NCBI RefSeq assembly: GCF_047159375.1
Contig: NZ_AP031381.1
Location: 120,001-152,000, forward strand
From: Enterobacterales bacterium endosymbiont of Anomoneura mori
GTDB lineage: Bacteria; Pseudomonadota; Gammaproteobacteria; Enterobacterales; Enterobacteriaceae_A
Direction of reading: 5' to 3'
Length of the DNA: 32,000 bases
Positions within the stretch are counted from its first letter, which is position 1; each line of letters starts with the position of its first letter. The notes under the pieces were generated by a model. That model had not been told where the DNA came from, searched no databases, and was given only the letters and a program-made list of their open reading frames with translations. Below are positions 28,337 through 32,000 of the stretch, one piece after another. Made by a program: the position numbers and the translations under genes.

Positions 28337-30052
28337 ATGATTTCAGGAACTTCAGTATCCAAAGGAATTGCTTTTGGTAAAGCGTTATTGTTAAAAGATG
28401 AAAAAATATTAATTAATAAAAAAAATATATTAAAAAAAAATATAGATAAAGAAATTCAAAGGTTTTATATTGGTCAAAAAAAAACAATTGAACAAATTAA
28501 AAAAATTAAAGAAATAAATAAAAAAAAAATAAGCAAAAAAGAAGAAGAAATTTTTAATAGCCATATTATGATATTAGAAGATTATGAATTTGAAAATGAA
28601 ATAATTTATCTTATTAAAAAAAAATTAATAACAGCAGATTATGCTGTTAATAAAATTATTAATAAACAAATAAAAACATTTAAAAAAATTAAAAATAATT
28701 ATTTTAAAGAAAGAGCTAATGATATAAATGATATAGGTAAAAGATTATTAAAAAATATTTTAAATTATAATATATTAAATTTAAATTATATTAAAGATAA
28801 AGTTATACTTATTTCAAAAGATTTAACTCCTTCAGAAACTGCTCAATTAGACTTAAAAAAAGTATTAGGTTTTATTACAGAATTAGGAGGTATTACTTCT
28901 CATACTTCAATTATGGCAAAATCTCTTGAATTGCCTGCTATAATTAATACATATAATGTAACAAAAATTATTAAAAATAATGATTATATAATTTTAGATG
29001 CAAATGATAATAAAATATATATAAATCCTGATTTATCAACTATTAATTTAATAAAAAAGAAAAATAATATATATATTAAAGATAAAAAAAAATTACAAAA
29101 AAATAAAAATTTACCAGCAATTACTCTTGATGGTCATAAAGTTTCAATTTTTGCTAATATATGCAATTTACATGATATAAAATTTATTAAAAAATATGGG
29201 GCTGAAGGAATTGGTTTATATCGTACTGAATTTTTATTTATGAATCGTGATAATTTACCTAATATTAATGAACAAATTAAATCATATAAATATATTTTTA
29301 AAAAAAATAAAGATAATCCTATAATTATAAGAACAATGGATATTGGAGGAGATAAAAATATACCATATTTAAATTTTTTAAAAGAAGATAATCCATTTTT
29401 AGGTTGGAGAGCAATTAGAATATCAATTGATTATAAAGAAATATTATATAATCAATTAAAATCTATTTTATTAGCATCTATTTATGGTAATGTAAAAATT
29501 ATGTTTCCAATGATAACTACTATTGAAGAAATTTATTATCTTAAATATGAATTAAAAAATATTGAAGAAGAATTAAAAATAAAAAAAAAAAAAATTAAAA
29601 AAAATATAAAAATTGGAATAATGATAGAAACGCCATCAGCTGCAATGATGATAAAAGAATTTGCTAAAGAAGTTGATTTTTTTAGTATTGGTACTAATGA
29701 TTTAACACAATATACATTAGCGGTAGATAGAGGTAATAAATTAGTATCTCATCTTTATAATCCATTAAATCCATCAGTTTTAAAAATAATTAAAAAAATT
29801 ATTGATGATGCACATAAATATAATAAATATGTAAGTATGTGTGGAGAATTTGCTAGTGATGAAAAAGTTACTTTATTATTATTAGGAATGGGATTAGACG
29901 GATTTAGTATGAATTCTAGTTATATTCCACAAATTAAAAACATTATAAGAAATAATAAATATAAAGATTCTAAAAAATTAGCAAATTTAATATTAAAACA
30001 AAATACATTAAAAGATATATTAAATTGTCTTAAAATTAATAAATTTAAATAA
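28337..30052 (+). CDS. ptsI: PTS enzyme I (phosphoenolpyruvate-protein phosphotransferase)
   Basis: 571-aa ORF collinear with E. coli EI. Matches are MISG...GIAFGKALLLK, DLTPSETAQLDLKKVLGFITELGGITSHTSIMAKSLELPAI (phospho-His), GAEGIGLYRTEFLFM, RTMDIGGDK, NPFLGWRAIRI, FFSIGTNDLTQYTLAVDRGN and MCGEFA. Confidence 0.97.
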   Translation: MISGTSVSKGIAFGKALLLKDEKILINKKNILKKNIDKEIQRFYIGQKKTIEQIKKIKEINKKKISKKEEEIFNSHIMILEDYEFENEIIYLIKKKLITADYAVNKIINKQIKTFKKIKNNYFKERANDINDIGKRLLKNILNYNILNLNYIKDKVILISKDLTPSETAQLDLKKVLGFITELGGITSHTSIMAKSLELPAIINTYNVTKIIKNNDYIILDANDNKIYINPDLSTINLIKKKNNIYIKDKKKLQKNKNLPAITLDGHKVSIFANICNLHDIKFIKKYGAEGIGLYRTEFLFMNRDNLPNINEQIKSYKYIFKKNKDNPIIIRTMDIGGDKNIPYLNFLKEDNPFLGWRAIRISIDYKEILYNQLKSILLASIYGNVKIMFPMITTIEEIYYLKYELKNIEEELKIKKKKIKKNIKIGIMIETPSAAMMIKEFAKEVDFFSIGTNDLTQYTLAVDRGNKLVSHLYNPLNPSVLKIIKKIIDDAHKYNKYVSMCGEFASDEKVTLLLLGMGLDGFSMNSSYIPQIKNIIRNNKYKDSKKLANLILKQNTLKDILNCLKINKFK

Positions 30053-30113
30053 ATTAATATTTTAAATTAAAATTATATTTATTTTATATTAATAATAAAA
30101 ATTTAAAAAATTT

Positions 30114-30408
30114 TGGAGTTGGCGGGATTTGAACCCGCGTCCGAAATTATTTATAATTTTAAATCTACATGTTTAGTCTTTTTTTTATTTATTAATTATA
30201 TAAGACATAAAATTAATAATTAATATATAGAATAATAATTTTTTAAATATTTATATTTTTTATAATTATAATTTAAAATTTTTAAGCAGCTAAAGAATAA
30301 GAATTATTTTTTTTTACATTTATTTAAATTTAGGTTTTTTAACGAGGCCAACCATTCCTCGACATGCTTTAAAAATATTCAAAATTTCGTCGAATCCAAA
30401 ACAACCCC
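30114..30408 (-). ncRNA. ssrA: tmRNA (SsrA)
   Basis: The minus strand begins GGGGTTGTTTTGGATTCGACG...GCATGTCGAGGAATGGTTGGCCTCGTTAAAAAACC. It ends ...GACTAAACATGTAG...AATTTCGGACGCGGGTTCAAATCCCGCCAACTCCA. Both ends are collinear with E. coli SsrA, including the tRNA-Ala-like acceptor and T arm. The internal tag ORF is ...GTA AAA AAA AAT AAT TCT TAT TCT TTA GCT GCT TAA (..NNSYSLAA*, compare E. coli ANDENYALAA*). It lies immediately downstream of smpB as in E. coli. Confidence 0.95.
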
Positions 30409-30429
30409 AATAATAATATATATATTTTT

Positions 30430-30899
30430 TTAATTTTTACAAGTATTTTTTAAAATAAGATTTTTTGTTTTTTTCCATTCACGATTTTTTATACTTATTC
30501 TTTTATCATATTTTTTTTTACCTTTTGCTAAACCAATTTCTAATTTACTCCAATTTTTTTTCCAATATAAAGATATTGGTATTATAGTATATCCATCTTT
30601 TTTAATTTTATTAAATAAAAATAATAATTCTTTTTTTTTTAATAATAATTGAATTAACGTTTTATTTTTTTTTTAAAAAAATTATTAATAGGTATAATAT
30701 TACAATTTATTAAAAAAGCATTTAAATTATTTAATTTTATATAACTATTTTCAATATTTATTTTATTAAATCTTAATGATTTAACTTCCCAACCAAATAA
30801 TGATAAACCTGCTTCAAATGTTTTTTCTATATAATATAAAAAATTTATTTTTTTATTATATACAATATAATTTAAATTAGCTTTTTTTTTATTAATCAT
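30430..30899 (-). pseudogene. smpB: SsrA-binding protein SmpB, reading frame broken once inside an A10 tract (possibly expressed through slippage, or a homopolymer sequencing error)
   Basis: The N-terminal 81-codon ORF (30654..30899) reads ...YIEKTFEAGLSLFGWEVKSLR...NAFLINCNIIP, matching E. coli FEAGLALQGWEVKSLR...EAFLFGANITP. The C-terminal half is in the adjacent frame (hand translated): [76 protein letters not shown], matching E. coli [60 protein letters not shown]. The total span is 470 nt (3n+2). Confidence 0.85.
30665..30674 (-). repeat. A10 homopolymer (coding strand) at the smpB frame break
   Basis: T10 on the plus strand, counted directly. The N-terminal frame reads TTT TTT AAA AAA AAA ATA AAA CGT TAA. 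With 11 A it reads AAA AAA AAA AAT AAA ACG TTA ATT CAA... into the conserved C-terminal half. Confidence 0.9.
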
Positions 30900-30932
30900 T
30901 ATAAATATTAATGAAAATAATAATTTAAATAT

Positions 30933-32000
30933 TTAATTAATACTTTTTAAAAAAATATACAATTTATTAATTTCATATTTCTTAAATAAAGGTTTTATTA
31001 TTATATCAAGATCTCCATTCATTATTTCTTCTAAACAATATAAATTTAAATTTATTCTATGATCTGTAATACGACTTTTTTGAAAATTATATGTTCTAAT
31101 TCTATCTGAACGTTCTCCAGTACCTAATAAATTTTTTCTTTCAATAGATATTTTTTTTTTACGTTTTGATAATTCTAATTTTTTAATTCTTGCAATTAAT
31201 ACTTCAAATGCTTTTGATTTATTTTTATGTTGTGATCTTTCATTTTGACATTCTACAACAATATTTGTTGGAATATGTGTTATTCTAACAGCTGAATCTG
31301 TTGTATTTACATGTTGTCCACCAGCACCAGATGATTTAAAAGTATCTATTTTAATATTATTTAAATTAATATTATTTATTTCTTTTTGAATAACTTCAGG
31401 TAATATTGCTATTGTACAAGTAGAAGTATGAATACGACCTTTTGATTCTGTTTCTGGAATTCTTTGAACTCTATGACCACCAGATTCAAATTTTAAATTT
31501 TCATATGCATTAAATCCAAAAATTTTTAAAATTATTTCTTTATAACCACCATATTCACATTTATTTATATTTATAATTTTAACATTCCATTTTTTAATTT
31601 CAAAATAATTTAAATACATTTTAAAAATTTTTTTTGAAAATAATGCTGCTTCATTACCACCTGTTCCAGCTCTAATTTCTAAAAAACAATTATTTTTTTT
31701 TTTTTTTTTAAATAAATATTTTAAAAATTTTTTTTCTAATTTTTTAATTTTTTTATTAATTTTAATTAATTCTTCAATAGCTAAATTATATAAATCATAA
31801 TCTTTTAATAAATTTAATATATTTATTAATTCTAATCTTATAATTTTCCAATTTATTAAAAAAAAATTAATATTTTTTATCTTTTTATATTCATTATTTA
31901 ATTTTTTTAAAATTATTTTATTATTAATTTTTTTAACATTATTAAAAATTATTTTTATTTTTTTATAATTTCTTCCTAAATTTTTAATTTTTTTAAAATT
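30933..32000 (-). CDS. prfA: peptide chain release factor 1 (5' end beyond right edge; frame interrupted near 31902-31964)
   Basis: Track ORF 30933..31619 continues in-frame upstream to 31907. RF1-type features are [15 protein letters not shown] (PxT tripeptide, not the SPF of RF2), [22 protein letters not shown] (GGQ), [36 protein letters not shown] and RITDHRINL. It is collinear with E. coli RF1. By alignment the start codon lies ~4 codons beyond position 32000. Confidence 0.9.
   Translation of the reverse strand, partial: NFKKIKNLGRNYKKIKIIFNNVKKINNKIILKKLNNEYKKIKNINFFLINWKIIRLELINILNLLKDYDLYNLAIEELIKINKKIKKLEKKFLKYLFKKKKKNNCFLEIRAGTGGNEAALFSKKIFKMYLNYFEIKKWNVKIININKCEYGGYKEIILKIFGFNAYENLKFESGGHRVQRIPETESKGRIHTSTCTIAILPEVIQKEINNINLNNIKIDTFKSSGAGGQHVNTTDSAVRITHIPTNIVVECQNERSQHKNKSKAFEVLIARIKKLELSKRKKKISIERKNLLGTGERSDRIRTYNFQKSRITDHRINLNLYCLEEIMNGDLDIIIKPLFKKYEINKLYIFLKSIN
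31902..31909 (-). repeat. A8 homopolymer (coding strand) at the downstream prfA frame break
   Basis: T8 on the plus strand, counted directly. The main frame reads TAA AAA AAA TTA AAT AAT GAA here. The adjacent frame reads TTA AAA AAA ATT AAA TAA. Confidence 0.85.
31959..31964 (-). repeat. A6 homopolymer (coding strand) at the upstream prfA frame break
   Basis: T6 on the plus strand, counted directly. The main frame reads TAT AAA AAA TAA. With one extra A it reads TAT AAA AAA ATA AAA ATA ATT TTT. Confidence 0.8.

Noticed and set aside
30933-32000. Possibility that this release-factor gene is prfB with the classic programmed +1 frameshift.
   Set aside because: The protein has the RF1 PxT-type tripeptide (PET) and RF1-specific blocks (GGYKEII.KI, RTYNF...TDHRINL), not the SPF of RF2. 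The frame breaks are at plain A tracts, not at a CUU UGA C site preceded by a Shine-Dalgarno sequence.
1-32000. Search for an accessory or novel multi-gene system: defence, toxin-antitoxin, secretion, phage or IS remnants, CRISPR.
   Set aside because: Every substantial ORF is assigned to a core housekeeping family, and intergenic spacers are at most 214 nt. There are no inverted-repeat-bounded segments, integrase or transposase-like ORFs, repeat-spacer arrays, or compositional islands apart from the tRNA and tmRNA genes.

Overview
The window is extremely A+T-rich (by eye well over 80% A+T, with intergenic DNA almost pure A/T) and densely packed. It uses the standard genetic code: the standard-code ORF track gives full-length proteins, TGG encodes Trp, and TGA terminates rplO. 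The proteins, tmRNA, tRNAs and operon order all look Enterobacterales-like. I read it as core housekeeping DNA from a tiny-genome gammaproteobacterial insect endosymbiont, at a Buchnera-like grade of reduction. I cannot name the taxon from sequence alone.

Content from left to right:
- Minus strand: the 5' part of secY and the complete spc and S10 ribosomal-protein operons (21 r-protein genes, including rpmD, which the ORF track misses), then dnaE, frr, tsf and rpsB.
- Plus strand: map, proS and rpsP-rimM-rplS.
- Minus strand: a pdxJ-like ORF, era, rnc, lepA, a tRNA with anticodon CAU, ileS and tRNA-Ser(UGA).
- Plus strand: tusE, rpsF-rpsR-rplI and ptsH-ptsI.
- Minus strand: ssrA (tmRNA), smpB and prfA, which runs off the right edge.

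I found no mobile elements, CRISPR, defence or toxin cassettes, or any unassigned multi-gene block. Every ORF that is not an antisense shadow has a clear housekeeping identity, so I do not claim a novel system here.

The observations most worth a second look are:
1. smpB is split by a 1-nt frame break inside an A10 tract.
2. The 5' part of prfA contains a 55-nt out-of-frame segment bounded by A6 and A8 tracts.
3. The pdxJ-like ORF is intact and syntenic, but nearly all recalled catalytic His/Arg/Glu positions are substituted.
4. Very long in-frame poly(A) tracts (13-18 nt) sit inside essential genes.
5. Conserved E. coli-type operons have precisely lost pyrH, dxr-rnhB, trmD, recO, lepB, acpS, priB and crr.

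All homology statements rest on my recall of E. coli sequences and on hand translation. No database search was run.
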